From positions 6,332-70,331 of the forward strand of contig JBAYTA010000001.1 in assembly GCA_041675865.1 (NCBI GenBank): DNA of 64,000 nt. The letters run 5' to 3'. This stretch comes from Bacilli bacterium. GTDB taxonomy: Bacteria > Bacillota_I > Bacilli_A > ML615J-28 > CAG-698. The translations under genes were made by a program, and so were the position numbers. Positions 20,025-31,226 of the stretch are shown here, in pieces; position 1 is the first letter of the stretch; the number at the start of each line of letters is the position of its first letter. Below the pieces are notes generated by a model. The model was not told the origin of the DNA and ran no database searches. It saw only the letters and a program-made list of their open reading frames with translations.

Positions 20025-20636
20025 CTAGAATAATTTATTTACTTTTTCCCAATCAATTATATTGAAGAAGTTTTCAACATAATCTGCACGACGATTTTGG
20101 TAATTTAGGTAGTATGCATGTTCCCAAACGTCAATTAGTAATAATGGTTTTACTTCTAATTGTAATGGAACATCTTGATTAGGTGTTGATACAATCATTA
20201 ATTCATTGTTTTTATCTGCTACTAACCAAGCCCAACCAGAACCAAATCTGTCCATTGCTGCTTTCTTAAATGTTTCTTTGAATTTTTCAAATGAACCAAA
20301 TTTCGCATCAATTGCTTCAGCTAATTTACCAACAGGTTTCTTTGGAGAATTTGGTGTTAGTAAATCAAAGAATAAATTGTGATTAAATACTCCACCACCA
20401 TTATTTCTAACTTTTGTTTGAATATCATTTGGTAATGTGTTTAAGTTTCTTAATAGGTCTTCTAATGTTTTATTATGTAATTCAGGGTGATTTTCCAAAG
20501 CAGCGTTTAAATTGTTAACATATGCTTGGTGATGTTTGTCATGATGAAAATGCATTGTCTCTTTATCAATATATGGTTCAAGAGCATCATATTCATAAGG
20601 TAATTTTTCTAAAGAAAATGGATAAGTTTTATTCAT
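20025..20636 (-). CDS. sodA: Mn/Fe superoxide dismutase
   Basis: The 'DVWEHAYY' metal-ligand motif and an AGGAGG RBS. Confidence 0.95.
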   Translation of the reverse strand: MNKTYPFSLEKLPYEYDALEPYIDKETMHFHHDKHHQAYVNNLNAALENHPELHNKTLEDLLRNLNTLPNDIQTKVRNNGGGVFNHNLFFDLLTPNSPKKPVGKLAEAIDAKFGSFEKFKETFKKAAMDRFGSGWAWLVADKNNELMIVSTPNQDVPLQLEVKPLLLIDVWEHAYYLNYQNRRADYVENFFNIIDWEKVNKLF

Positions 20637-20805
20637 TTCGTTCCTCCTAATTTTATTATATTCATATTTTTTTGAAATGTAATTAAAGTTTTTTGTTTAA
20701 CTTAACTTACAATCGTATTATAACATAGTTTATTTCAGTTTGAATTAAATATGCTTTTTAAAATGAATCAATTTTTGGTATAATATTTATAAGGAGATTT
20801 TTATT

Positions 20806-21462
20806 ATGAATTGGGAGAAAATTATCAATGAGGAATTATCAAAAGAATATTTTAAAAATATTTTAAATGTTTTAAACAATGATTTGAAAAAATATAATAT
20901 ATTTCCTAAAAATGAGGATATTTTTAGAGCGTTTAAACTTACAAAGTTGGATAATGTAAAGTGTGTAATTTTAGGACAAGACCCATATCATGGTTTAAAT
21001 CAAGCTGATGGACTTGCTTTTTCGGTTAGAAAAGGAACTCCACTACCTCCATCATTAAAGAATATATTTAAAGAATTGAACTCAGACTTAGGATATGAAA
21101 TACCTAATAATGGTGATTTAACAAAATGGGCTAAGCAAGGTGTTTTGTTATTAAATACTATTTTAACTGTTCGTGAAGGTAATCCCAATTCGCACCAAAA
21201 TATAGGTTGGGAAATTTTTACAGATTATATTATTTCTATCTTAAATCATACTTCTAGACCGATTTGTTTTATATTATGGGGTAATAATGCGAAAACTAAG
21301 CAAAAGTTTATTACTAATAAAAATCATTTAGTTTTAACTGGAGCACATCCTAGTCCACTTTCTAGTTATAGAGGGTTTTTTGGTGGTAAGTATTTTTCAA
21401 AAGTTAATGAATTTTTAAAAGATACTAACCAATCTATTGTAGATTGGAATTTAGTTGATTAA
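20806..21462 (+). CDS. ung: uracil-DNA glycosylase
   Basis: The 'VILGQDPYH' catalytic motif and the 'HPSPLS' motif. Confidence 0.95.
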   Translation: MNWEKIINEELSKEYFKNILNVLNNDLKKYNIFPKNEDIFRAFKLTKLDNVKCVILGQDPYHGLNQADGLAFSVRKGTPLPPSLKNIFKELNSDLGYEIPNNGDLTKWAKQGVLLLNTILTVREGNPNSHQNIGWEIFTDYIISILNHTSRPICFILWGNNAKTKQKFITNKNHLVLTGAHPSPLSSYRGFFGGKYFSKVNEFLKDTNQSIVDWNLVD

Positions 21463-21511
21463 TTCATTTGTATTAATGATTAAAAAATAGTATAATTATA
21501 TATATAATCTA

Positions 21512-21627
21512 ATGGGGAGCTACGGCTGAGAGGTTATAATAAATTTATTATAACGACCCAAAACCTGATCTAGGTAATGCTAGCGTAGGAAAAACTTTTT
21601 TCTTTAGCATTCCTAAAGAATTTTTTT
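21512..21627 (+). promoter_or_regulatory. TPP (THI-box) riboswitch with terminator expression platform
   Basis: 'GGGGAGC..GGCTGAGAGG' and '..ACCCAAAACCTGATCTAGGTAATGCTAGCGTAGG' match the THI-box aptamer. They are followed by a TTCTTTAG/CTAAAGAA hairpin plus seven T. A TTGTAT-17-TATAAT promoter lies just upstream. Confidence 0.85.
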
Positions 21628-21642
21628 CTTAGGAGGTATAAA

Positions 21643-22254
21643 ATGAAAAATAAAGGTACTAGATTTATTGCTGAAATGGGTATATTTATTGCCCTTGGCT
21701 TAGTTTTTGATATTGTTGCAAAACCAATAGGTGATGCTATTTGGCCAAATGGTGGGTCTATTTCGATTGCTATGGTGCCAATCTTCATAATGAGTTTTCG
21801 TTATGGTTTAAAAGGTGGTTTGTTTTCTGGAATAGCAATTGGAAGTATCCAAATGCTTTGGTCTGGCAATGGAATAGTTGGTTGGGCACAAGCATTATTA
21901 GATTATACTGTTGCATATGGTCTTGTTGGTCTTGCAGGTGTATTATCAAAAACAGTTTATAAAAATAAAGATAATATTAGAAGTGTTATATATGCACTTA
22001 TCGCTATATTAATTTGTGGATTATTAAGAACATTTGCTCATATACTTTCAGGTGTACTATTTTGGAGTCAAGATTTATTTGATGAAGGTATTGCATTAAC
22101 ATTAATTTGGATTGGCTCTGCTACATATAATTTAGCTTATATGGCTCCATCAATTATTTTATCAATGATTGTTATGACTGTTTTAATTACAAAGTATTAT
22201 CACTTAGTAGAATATGTTGATTTAAATCCAAAAAATAAAATGAGTTCCCAGTAA
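21643..22254 (+). CDS. thiT: thiamine transporter ThiT (ECF-type S component)
   Basis: Six transmembrane helices and a ThiT-like N-terminus 'TRFIAEMGIFIALGLVFD'. It lies immediately downstream of the TPP riboswitch. Confidence 0.75.
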   Translation: MKNKGTRFIAEMGIFIALGLVFDIVAKPIGDAIWPNGGSISIAMVPIFIMSFRYGLKGGLFSGIAIGSIQMLWSGNGIVGWAQALLDYTVAYGLVGLAGVLSKTVYKNKDNIRSVIYALIAILICGLLRTFAHILSGVLFWSQDLFDEGIALTLIWIGSATYNLAYMAPSIILSMIVMTVLITKYYHLVEYVDLNPKNKMSSQ

Positions 22255-22267
22255 AGGGAACTCATAT

Positions 22268-23863
22268 TTAATTTAGATTTCTATTTTTATAGATAAATAA
22301 ACTACTAACTATTAATATCATTGAACATATTATCATAATTGTTGAAGTTAAGATATTAGTTTCAAGTGGATCAATATGATAAAAGGACGAAAAATACATT
22401 ATTGCTTTTGGAAGTTTTAAAACATTTTCTAGGTATAATGCAACAAAACTAAAAGCTATATAAACCCAAATTATCTTAGAGTACTTAATACCTATACTAT
22501 AAAGTATACAAGCAAGACTAAAAATTAGCCAAATAGCTGGTATAAAAGATAAACCAGTTTGAATTAATTTAGAAAAGCTCATAACTTCTAAAATAAACTC
22601 TCTTCCTGTAATCCACATACCTAGTACAATAATTAATTGAATAATAATTGAAAATAAAAATGCAAATATTATATGCTTTAGGAAATACTTAATTCTCGAA
22701 TATAGTCTTGAGTATATATTATCTAAAAATGAGTTTGCTTCTTCCTTAGTTAGTTTTAAAATAATAAATAAGGCAGGAATTAAACTAAATAATGTTATAA
22801 TTTTTAAAATATAGATTATTATAACTTCAGAATAATTTGCTGTATTTGATCCTAAGAATTGTTTCACAATTTCAATTTCATAAAATGCTTCAAACTCTTT
22901 AAAGATTGCTCCAAAGGCAGCTGTTAGGATAAATAAACTAACAGTCCATACTAAAATTTGGATTTTTTCTAAACGGAATATTAATCCAAAACTATTTTTA
23001 GAAAACTTAGATGCTTTAGTTCTACCTTTACTTGAATTATAAATACCTGAGCCAAAATCAATGTTTTTATAGAGGTAGAGGCTTAAAGCGAACAGTATTA
23101 TAATAAGAAGTAAGATTATTGTGATATATATTAAGTTATTTTTATAAAAAACCTGGACATTAAGTAATAATCCTAGTGGAGATATTAATGATATGAAGTT
23201 ATCTCCTACATCACCAATTGCTCTTATTAAATATGATACAAGTAGAATTAAGTATGAAAAATTATAAGCTGCACTTGCTGTATTAAATAATTTTGTTGCT
23301 ACAAATCCTACAAGAGCAAAGAAAAGTCCACCTAAAGCAAGGATTAATCCATAGATGATTGCACCAAGAGTTGTTGAACTAGGAATATTAATAATTATCA
23401 GTCCTATAGATACACTTAAAAAAATAATTAAATTTATTCCAATAATTACAACAAGAGAAGAGGTAAGATAAGTAAATCTATTTACTGGTTTAGATGTTAT
23501 TATTTCTATTAAACCAGCTTCTTCTGAAACTTTAGTAAATTTAATAGAAAAATAGATATTCATTACTGCTACTGCTATTAAAGTAAATAGTAATAATTCT
23601 TGAGAAAAAATTACTGTATGATTGAAAGCATCTATTGGATAAGCACTTCCAAGCAAGCCCTTCATAGCTGGATTTATCATTATATTTGCATAGTTTAAAA
23701 TTGCTTCTTCAGTCTCATATAAACTTGGATACAAATCTGCACTAACAAGAGTAATTCCTACAATGCTTATAAGCCAAATTAATATTTTCTTGAAATCGTT
23801 TTTTATTATAAGTTTATATAATAATAAATTAATTTTCTTCATATTAATTAGCCTTGTTTTCAT
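22268..23863 (-). CDS. ABC-2 type transporter permease (about 12 transmembrane helices)
   Basis: 531 aa and highly hydrophobic. It is translationally coupled to the upstream ATPase. Confidence 0.7.
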   Translation of the reverse strand: MKTRLINMKKINLLLYKLIIKNDFKKILIWLISIVGITLVSADLYPSLYETEEAILNYANIMINPAMKGLLGSAYPIDAFNHTVIFSQELLLFTLIAVAVMNIYFSIKFTKVSEEAGLIEIITSKPVNRFTYLTSSLVVIIGINLIIFLSVSIGLIIINIPSSTTLGAIIYGLILALGGLFFALVGFVATKLFNTASAAYNFSYLILLVSYLIRAIGDVGDNFISLISPLGLLLNVQVFYKNNLIYITIILLLIIILFALSLYLYKNIDFGSGIYNSSKGRTKASKFSKNSFGLIFRLEKIQILVWTVSLFILTAAFGAIFKEFEAFYEIEIVKQFLGSNTANYSEVIIIYILKIITLFSLIPALFIILKLTKEEANSFLDNIYSRLYSRIKYFLKHIIFAFLFSIIIQLIIVLGMWITGREFILEVMSFSKLIQTGLSFIPAIWLIFSLACILYSIGIKYSKIIWVYIAFSFVALYLENVLKLPKAIMYFSSFYHIDPLETNILTSTIMIICSMILIVSSLFIYKNRNLN

Positions 23864-24728
23864 AATAACTTAGGAATAGATCTTCTAATGTAGGCGGATT
23901 TGCTTGAAAATTTTCTAATTTGTATTTTCCTAGTTCCAGTAAAACTTGATTTACTAAATAATTTTCTACTAAAAATATTAATTGATCATCATTTCTTTGT
24001 ACATTATGAATTCCTTTAATATTATCTAATGCAATATTATCTTTAGTCTTAATAGTAAATTTAGATCTTGTTAAATGACGCATATCACTAAGACTGCCGC
24101 TATCTACGATTTTTCCATCTTTTATAATTGCAATTTTATCACAGACTTTTTCTACTTCAGATAAGATATGGCTAGATAAAAATATTGTTTTACCTTTTTT
24201 CTTTAAATCTAAGATTATTTCTTGGAAGACATTTTCCATTAATGGATCTAATCCAGATGTGGGTTCATCAAAAATATATAAGTCAACATTAGCTGCTAAA
24301 GCTGCAATCAAAGTAACTTTTTGCTTATTACCTTTAGAGTATGTTCTACATTTTTTAGAAGTATCTAAATCAAATTTTTTAATTAATTCATCTCTTAAAG
24401 TATAATCACTTACTTTACTCATTTTAAGTAAGATATCAATAACTTCCCCACCTGTTAGATTACCCCAAAGATTAGCCTCAGCTCCAACATAGGCTAAATT
24501 TTCGTGGATTAAAATAGTATCATTAAAAGCATCTAAACCAAATACTTCAACACTACCACTAGTTGCTTTTAATAAACCTAAGATTATTCTAATTGTTGTT
24601 GATTTTCCAGCACCATTAGGGCCAATAAATCCAAAGATCTCACCTTGATTAACACTTAGATTAATATTATTAAGGGCTCTAAATTTTCCAAAATCTTTGG
24701 TTAGATTTGTAAGTTTAATTACTTCCAT
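23844..24728 (-). CDS. ABC transporter ATP-binding protein
   Basis: Walker A 'GPNGAGKST' and Walker B 'IFDEPTSGLD'. Confidence 0.85.
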   Translation of the reverse strand: MEVIKLTNLTKDFGKFRALNNINLSVNQGEIFGFIGPNGAGKSTTIRIILGLLKATSGSVEVFGLDAFNDTILIHENLAYVGAEANLWGNLTGGEVIDILLKMSKVSDYTLRDELIKKFDLDTSKKCRTYSKGNKQKVTLIAALAANVDLYIFDEPTSGLDPLMENVFQEIILDLKKKGKTIFLSSHILSEVEKVCDKIAIIKDGKIVDSGSLSDMRHLTRSKFTIKTKDNIALDNIKGIHNVQRNDDQLIFLVENYLVNQVLLELGKYKLENFQANPPTLEDLFLSYYENKAN

Positions 24729-24797
24729 AACTCCTCCAGTAAAATTTTATTAGTATAGATCCATAATTAAAAAGATAAATGTCTCCTATGAAGCAAA

Positions 24798-25373
24798 TTA
24801 TTGATTAAAGTAATAAGTATCAATAGCTTTTAAATAATCCAAAGGTGGAGTATATCCTTGTTTAATTAATACACCAACTTCACTCGCTTTTTCAATTGTA
24901 ATACTTTTTCTTCCGCCATTAATTCCTTCTTTGTATAAATTATAAAAGACTGCAATGTCTATTAAATATACTTGGTTAACACATTTATAATATATTAATA
25001 CAAAAGCAATTCCTCCATTATCGTGAACTAATTTTAAATGTTCTATTTGATGAGGGAATATATGTTTAAAAGCAAAACTTTTATTATTAGTTTCTTTTGC
25101 TTCGTAATCTATATATTTGCCTTTATAAATACCATTATAGTCTGTAGTAGAAGGGGTTCTATAATATGCTTCCACAATCCGTGCCTTACTTCTAGCGGGG
25201 TAGTCTACTTTTACTACTTGAATAGGTGTAGGCTTTTTATATATAATTGCTTTATTATTAATTCTATAATATTCATTTGTAATATTAAGTCCATTTTCAA
25301 ACATCATACCATGAGATTTTAAATCTACTTTTTTAATTGTTCGTTGATTAGGAAATGGATAGTTTACTTTCAT
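24798..25373 (-). CDS. recU: Holliday junction resolvase RecU
   Basis: 191 aa reading 'VDYPARSKARIVEAYY..FAFKHIFPHQIEHL..FVLIYYK', a RecU/PBP-related factor A-like pattern. Confidence 0.8.
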   Translation of the reverse strand: MKVNYPFPNQRTIKKVDLKSHGMMFENGLNITNEYYRINNKAIIYKKPTPIQVVKVDYPARSKARIVEAYYRTPSTTDYNGIYKGKYIDYEAKETNNKSFAFKHIFPHQIEHLKLVHDNGGIAFVLIYYKCVNQVYLIDIAVFYNLYKEGINGGRKSITIEKASEVGVLIKQGYTPPLDYLKAIDTYYFNQ

Positions 25374-25472
25374 TTATCTCACCTAATATAATTATAACAC
25401 TTTTAAATATTTTATTGAAGATATAAAGTAACTTAAATTATGCTATTTACATAATCTATATTGAGGTGGAAT

Positions 25473-25760
25473 ATGGTATTAATTATAAATAAGGATAGTA
25501 CAAATATTAATTACAACGATGAAAACATAATTGTGTTAAGAAGTGTATGTGATTTAAAAACATATGAATGTACCTCTTATACAATTGTTTTAATTGATAT
25601 TGAGATTGATGATGAGGGGATTGTAGAAAAGTATAATTTTCCTTTTGAAGAGTTAATTATTACTTTAGATGTTGTTGCAGTTATCACAAATAAGAAATCA
25701 AATACTTTACAAGAAATATGTAATTATCACAAAATTCCTCTTTTGGTAAACAAATATTGA
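25473..25760 (+). CDS. small hypothetical protein with a degenerate receiver-like pattern
   Basis: 'MVLIINKD..IVLIDIEIDDEG..' resembles a beta1/beta3 CheY-like layout. A terminator hairpin lies at 25766-25797. Confidence 0.4.
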   Translation: MVLIINKDSTNINYNDENIIVLRSVCDLKTYECTSYTIVLIDIEIDDEGIVEKYNFPFEELIITLDVVAVITNKKSNTLQEICNYHKIPLLVNKY

Positions 25761-25863
25761 AAATAAACATACTCAAATCTGAATTTGAGTATGTTTTGCA
25801 TTATTTAGATGATTATTATATTATTTTCTAATTATGCAAATAATAATGTAAATAGGTGAAATT

Positions 25864-27693
25864 ATGATTGATCTTTTAAAAAGTATTCTAAAAAATATAA
25901 AATATAATTTTAAATCTCTAATATACTTTGAAGTGCTTTATAGAATTATTGGAGTATTTGTAATATTTCCGCTAACTAGACTTTTATTTAATCTATCAAT
26001 AAAGTTATCAAAATATAATTATATTAGCAATGAATTAGTGATTGAATATTTATTACTTCCAACAACCATTATAATTTTTATTTGTTTACTTGTAATATTA
26101 GGTATTTATATAGGATGGGAATTAATATTTTTAAGTTTACTGTTTAATCTGAATTATCACAAAATAAAAGTAAACTTTTTGGATTTCTTAAAATATGGAT
26201 TAAAAAAAACATTGTTTGTATTTAAAAGATATCACATTTTTATAATTATTCCGGCTATCTTCTTTTTTGTGTTTGTAGAGTATATACAAATTGCAGGTTT
26301 AATATCTACTTTATCCATTCCTGATTTTATATTAAATGAAATTAATAACATACCTACATTGAAATATAGTTTTATATTTTTAATACTTTTTCTTTTTATA
26401 TTGTTTATCCATATAGTTAACAAAATAAATATTTATACATTAGATTCATCAATAAAGATAAATATATGGCTAGAAAATTATAAAATTATAAAAAATAATC
26501 GTCTTAGGATGATCTGTGAATTTATAACTTTGAATATTATTTTAAATACTTTATTTTATCTTACTTATTTATTAACCCTTGCTATTACCTCTCTAATAGT
26601 TCTAATTACATTTGGTCAACATTTTGTTTTAGGAGTTGTTTTCACTGTATTTTATGCCTTATATATTGGTATAAGTTTTATAGCATCAATAATCCTTATT
26701 CCAATCAATTTTTCGTTAGTCACTTCTTGGTATTATAGATCTAAACAAAAACAAGGAATTAAGTTAAATAAACCTAATGTATTAATTTCTAAAAATAATC
26801 AAAATCTTAAATTAACTAAACGTTTAATCATTCTTACTTTTATTGTTGTTTTTGCAATAAATATTAGCAATGTCCTTGGTTTAATAAAAGAATCGAAGAT
26901 TCCTGTAGAATTATTTAATTATCCATCTATTATTGCACACCGTGGCGCATCTAAATCTGCACCAGAAAATACCTTAGCAGCAATTGATAAGGCAATTATT
27001 CAAGGTACAGATATTATTGAAATTGACATTAGATTTACTAAAGATGGTATTCCAATTTTACTTCATGATAGTAAATTAGGAAGGACAACAAATGATAAGG
27101 AAAATAAAAATATTGAAGATGTTGATTTGGAATATATTAAATTACTTGATGCTGGAAGTTGGTTTTCGGTTGAATATAAAGATGAAAAAATACCAACACT
27201 TGAAGAAACTTTAGTTTTTATAAATAGGCGTGCTGATGTAATAATTGATTTAAAAGTTAATAATCATTTATTTACTAAGTCTGTAGTTGAGTTAATAGAA
27301 AAGTATAATTTAGCTAATGATGTAAAAATAATGACTTCTAGTACTACTGATCTTTTTTTGATTAAAAAATTAAATCATAATATTGAAACAATTCTTGTAG
27401 TTACAACATTCTTCGGAAATATAGAATCCTTAAGTGATTATGAATATATTGATTGTGTAGCATTTGAAAGACAAATTATTTCAAACAATCCATACTATAT
27501 CGATGTTATAAAAGCAATGAATAAGAAAGTATATATTTGGACAGTAAATGATAAAAAGAGATTAGAGATGATAAATTATCTTGATATTGATGGAATTATA
27601 ACTGATAATCCGCTTATTACAAGGGAAGTTGTTTATTCAAAAAATAAGAATATTTCTTTAGTTAAAGTATTAAGAAATCTATTTTCTCGTTGA
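25864..27693 (+). CDS. membrane-anchored glycerophosphodiester phosphodiesterase (polytopic N-domain plus GDPD domain)
   Basis: About eight N-terminal transmembrane helices, then a GDPD catalytic 'HRGASKSAPENTLAA..EIDIRFTKDGIPILLHD'. Confidence 0.8.
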   Translation: MIDLLKSILKNIKYNFKSLIYFEVLYRIIGVFVIFPLTRLLFNLSIKLSKYNYISNELVIEYLLLPTTIIIFICLLVILGIYIGWELIFLSLLFNLNYHKIKVNFLDFLKYGLKKTLFVFKRYHIFIIIPAIFFFVFVEYIQIAGLISTLSIPDFILNEINNIPTLKYSFIFLILFLFILFIHIVNKINIYTLDSSIKINIWLENYKIIKNNRLRMICEFITLNIILNTLFYLTYLLTLAITSLIVLITFGQHFVLGVVFTVFYALYIGISFIASIILIPINFSLVTSWYYRSKQKQGIKLNKPNVLISKNNQNLKLTKRLIILTFIVVFAINISNVLGLIKESKIPVELFNYPSIIAHRGASKSAPENTLAAIDKAIIQGTDIIEIDIRFTKDGIPILLHDSKLGRTTNDKENKNIEDVDLEYIKLLDAGSWFSVEYKDEKIPTLEETLVFINRRADVIIDLKVNNHLFTKSVVELIEKYNLANDVKIMTSSTTDLFLIKKLNHNIETILVVTTFFGNIESLSDYEYIDCVAFERQIISNNPYYIDVIKAMNKKVYIWTVNDKKRLEMINYLDIDGIITDNPLITREVVYSKNKNISLVKVLRNLFSR

Positions 27694-27769
27694 TGTTTTA
27701 CGTTAGTTTAATAAATATTGCATTTTTTGTAGAAATATTGTAAAATAAGATATAAAGGAATATAAAAAT

Positions 27770-29587
27770 ATGGATAGAAATAATTTACTAGAAAGACAAA
27801 AAAGAATAAGAAACTTTTCAATCATAGCACACATAGATCATGGAAAAAGTACACTCGCAGATAGAATTTTAGAATTAACACAAACTGTTGAGACAAGAAA
27901 CATGAAGCAGCAAATGCTTGACTCTATGGATTTGGAAAGAGAACGCGGAATTACAATTAAACTAAACGCTGTGCAAATTACATATAAGTCAAAAGACTCA
28001 ACTGAATATATATTACATTTAATAGATACCCCAGGTCATGTAGACTTTACTTATGAAGTATCTAGATCTCTAGCTGCATGTGAGGGGGCTATTTTAGTTG
28101 TAGATGCAGCACAAGGAATTGAAGCACAAACATTAGCAAATGCTTATCTTGCTATTGATAATGATTTACATATCATCCCTGTAATTAATAAAATTGACCT
28201 TCCAAATGCAGATCCAGAAAGGGTAAAACTTGAAATTGAAAATGTGGGACTTGATACAACACACACAATTTTAGCTTCTGCTAAAAATGGAATTGGGATT
28301 GAAGACATTTTAGAAGAAATAATTAGAAGTGTACCAGCGCCAACCGGAGACCCTGATGCACCATTAAAGGCTTTAATTTTTGACTCATATTATGATCAAT
28401 ACAGAGGAATCATACCATCAATTAGAATTATCGATGGAACTATAAAAAAAGGTGATAAAATATATATGATGTCTACAAAAGCTGTGCATGAAGTTGTAGA
28501 AGTTGGTATATATACACCTAGAGAAATTCAAAGAGATTTCTTGACTGTTGGTGATGTTGGTTGGATTAGTGCAGCAATTAAAGATATCAAAGATGTAAGA
28601 GTTGGGGATACAATTACCCATTTTAATAAAAAAGCACCTGTAGCATTACCGGGTTATAGAAAACTTAATCCAATGGTATTTAGTGGTCTATTCCCAATTG
28701 ATAATAAAGAATATGAAGAATTAAAGGAAGCTTTAGAAAAATTAATATTAAATGATGCTTCTTTAGTCTATGAACCTGAGACATCTAAAGCACTTGGATT
28801 TGGATTTAGGGTTGGATTTTTAGGACTCTTACATATGGATATTATTCAAGAAAGAATTGATCGAGAGTTTGGGATTCCATTAATTGCTACTGCTCCAAGT
28901 GTTATCTATAAAGTTAATCTAACTAATGGATCAATAGTTACAGTGCATAATCCTTCAGAAATGCCCGATCCAACTCATATAAAAGATATTGAAGAGCCTT
29001 ATGTAAATGCAACTATTATGAGTCCAAGTGATTATATCGGTGCTATAATGGAGTTATGCCAAAATAAAAGAGCAATCTTCAAAAATATGACTTATATTGA
29101 TACCAAAAGAGTAACTATTGAATATGAAATGCCACTTTCTGAAGTTGTATTTGATTTCTTCGATCGACTTAAATCTTCTACAAGAGGATATGCATCATTT
29201 GATTATCAATTTTCAAGATACTTACCTTCTAAATTAGTTAAAATGGATATTTTAATAAATGGAGAAAAAGTAGATGCTTTAAGTATGATTGTCCACCGCG
29301 ATGCTGGTTTTCGTCGTGGTAAAGCAATGACTGAGAAATTAAAAGACTTGATTCCAAGACAATTATTTGAAGTTCCAATTCAAGCTGCAATAGGTACAAA
29401 AATTATTGCTAGAAGTACAATAAAATCTATGGGCAAAAATGTGCTAGCTAAATGTTACGGTGGTGACATCACTAGAAAGAAAAAACTTCTTGAGAAACAA
29501 AAAGAAGGGAAAAAGCGCATGAAGACTGTTGGTAATGTAGAAATACCTCAATCAGCATTTCTTGCTGTACTTAAGATTGATGAATAA
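27770..29587 (+). CDS. lepA: elongation factor 4
   Basis: GTPase G1-G4 motifs 'AHIDHGKST' and 'DTPGHVDF', plus the LepA C-terminal domain. A TTGCAT-17-TAAAAT promoter lies upstream. Confidence 0.95.
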   Translation: MDRNNLLERQKRIRNFSIIAHIDHGKSTLADRILELTQTVETRNMKQQMLDSMDLERERGITIKLNAVQITYKSKDSTEYILHLIDTPGHVDFTYEVSRSLAACEGAILVVDAAQGIEAQTLANAYLAIDNDLHIIPVINKIDLPNADPERVKLEIENVGLDTTHTILASAKNGIGIEDILEEIIRSVPAPTGDPDAPLKALIFDSYYDQYRGIIPSIRIIDGTIKKGDKIYMMSTKAVHEVVEVGIYTPREIQRDFLTVGDVGWISAAIKDIKDVRVGDTITHFNKKAPVALPGYRKLNPMVFSGLFPIDNKEYEELKEALEKLILNDASLVYEPETSKALGFGFRVGFLGLLHMDIIQERIDREFGIPLIATAPSVIYKVNLTNGSIVTVHNPSEMPDPTHIKDIEEPYVNATIMSPSDYIGAIMELCQNKRAIFKNMTYIDTKRVTIEYEMPLSEVVFDFFDRLKSSTRGYASFDYQFSRYLPSKLVKMDILINGEKVDALSMIVHRDAGFRRGKAMTEKLKDLIPRQLFEVPIQAAIGTKIIARSTIKSMGKNVLAKCYGGDITRKKKLLEKQKEGKKRMKTVGNVEIPQSAFLAVLKIDE

Positions 29588-30707
29588 AATAGAAAGTTTA
29601 TATATACATATTCCATTTTGTTCAAAAATTTGTACTTATTGTGATTTCTATAAAATGGTTGCGAAGCCATATGTGAAAGAAAAATATGTTGAATATTTAA
29701 TAAAAGAACTTGAAATGAAAAAACAATATCTAACAAGTTTAAAAACTATCTTTATAGGTGGTGGAACACCTACTTGTTTATCTTTGGAATCAATGGAAAA
29801 GTTATTTAGTTATCTTAATCAATATATTGATAAGGATATTTTAATTGAATTTACAATTGAAGCAAATCCAAATGATATAACCCTTGATATGGCAAAACTA
29901 TTTAAAAAATACAATATAAATAGAGTTAGCCTTGGTGTACAAGGCCTAAAGGAAGAGAAATTAAAAATTTTAGGTAGAACACACAATGAAGAAGATGTAA
30001 AGAAAGCAATTAAAAATTTAATTAAAGCAAAGATTACAAATATAAATGCTGATATTATTTATGGAGTAGGTAAGGAAACATTTGCAGACATTAAATATGA
30101 TTTAGAAAGATTAATTAAATTTGGAGTAAAACATATATCAGCATATTCACTTATCTTAGAAGATAAAACTGTTTTAAAAAAATTATTTGATGAAAAGAAA
30201 TTTTTCTTATACGATGAAGATGAAGAAAGTAATTTATATAAACAAATAGTTAATTTCTTAAAGAAGAAAAAGTTTATTCATTATGAAATAAGTAATTTTT
30301 CAAAAAAAGATCAGCAATCAAATCATAATTTAGTATATTGGAATAATATGAATTATATAGGGGCTGGTGCGAGCGCTAGCTACTATATTGATAATATGCG
30401 ATATACTAACATCCGTAATTTAGAAAAATATTATCAAGGAATAGATAACAATCAGCTAAATTATGCGGCAGTTACTGAGTTAACTAAAGAAGATATGATG
30501 AGTGAAGAAATGATCATGGGCTTAAGAAAGATTGAAGGAATAAATATTTTAGATTTTAAAGCTAAATATTTACTTGCAATTGAAGAAGCTTTTCCAATTA
30601 TTAAAAAATTTATTAGTTTAGAATTACTTGAAATTAAAAACAACTATTTATTTATTCCTGAAGAAAAACTATATTTATCTAATGAGGTTTTAGTTAATTT
30701 CGTCTAG
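29580..30707 (+). CDS. hemW: radical-SAM heme chaperone HemW (HemN-like)
   Basis: The '[14 protein letters not shown]' CxxxCxxC motif. Its ATG overlaps the lepA stop. The lepA-hemW order matches Bacillus. Confidence 0.85.
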   Translation: MNKIESLYIHIPFCSKICTYCDFYKMVAKPYVKEKYVEYLIKELEMKKQYLTSLKTIFIGGGTPTCLSLESMEKLFSYLNQYIDKDILIEFTIEANPNDITLDMAKLFKKYNINRVSLGVQGLKEEKLKILGRTHNEEDVKKAIKNLIKAKITNINADIIYGVGKETFADIKYDLERLIKFGVKHISAYSLILEDKTVLKKLFDEKKFFLYDEDEESNLYKQIVNFLKKKKFIHYEISNFSKKDQQSNHNLVYWNNMNYIGAGASASYYIDNMRYTNIRNLEKYYQGIDNNQLNYAAVTELTKEDMMSEEMIMGLRKIEGINILDFKAKYLLAIEEAFPIIKKFISLELLEIKNNYLFIPEEKLYLSNEVLVNFV

Positions 30708-30719
30708 GAAAGGAATAAT

Positions 30720-31214
30720 TTGCTTAAAAATAATTTATTTAAAAACAGATTATTTGTATATTTACTAAGTTTATATTTGGTAGGTATAATATTTGGTATA
30801 ATTTTTGTGAAAACAAATGATTATGTTTTTAATAATCAAACTAAAAATTATATGAAAATATTTTTATCGAATTATTGGTATTTATTTGTAATTTGGTTAT
30901 TTGGGTTTTCTTTCTTAGGCTATATAGTAACCTCAAGCATTGTATTTTTTAGAGCACTTGTTTTTGGAATATTAGTAAAATTATTAATTGTGAGTAACTT
31001 TGGTCTATTTATAATATTATTACTTTTAGAAATATTAATATTTTTTCCTACGCTAATATTTTTAGCATATATATCTTTAAGTTTAAGTAAGGAAAATTTT
31101 AAAATATATATTGGTGGATTTTCAAATACATTTAATCTCTCAAAATATATTAATTTAATGTTAGTTATAACTGTTATTTGTGCTCTATACTCATTATTGA
31201 TTTATATAAATTAG
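30720..31214 (+). CDS. spoIIM: stage II sporulation protein M-like membrane protein
   Basis: It has SpoIIM-like topology and a central motif pattern. It sits next to xerD, as in B. subtilis. The start is TTG. Confidence 0.55.
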   Translation: MLKNNLFKNRLFVYLLSLYLVGIIFGIIFVKTNDYVFNNQTKNYMKIFLSNYWYLFVIWLFGFSFLGYIVTSSIVFFRALVFGILVKLLIVSNFGLFIILLLLEILIFFPTLIFLAYISLSLSKENFKIYIGGFSNTFNLSKYINLMLVITVICALYSLLIYIN

Positions 31215-31226
31215 TTGGTGGTTTAA

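Noticed and set aside
21570-21962. ORFs at 21570-21788 (minus) and 21741-21962 (plus) overlapping the TPP riboswitch and thiT
   Set aside because: The riboswitch and thiT account for this region. The overlapping frames have no independent support.
30669-30700. Possible sigma-E promoter (TATATT ... ) upstream of spoIIM
   Set aside because: The -35-like TATATT is present but no convincing CATACA-T -10 lies at the right spacing. Not supportable by eye.
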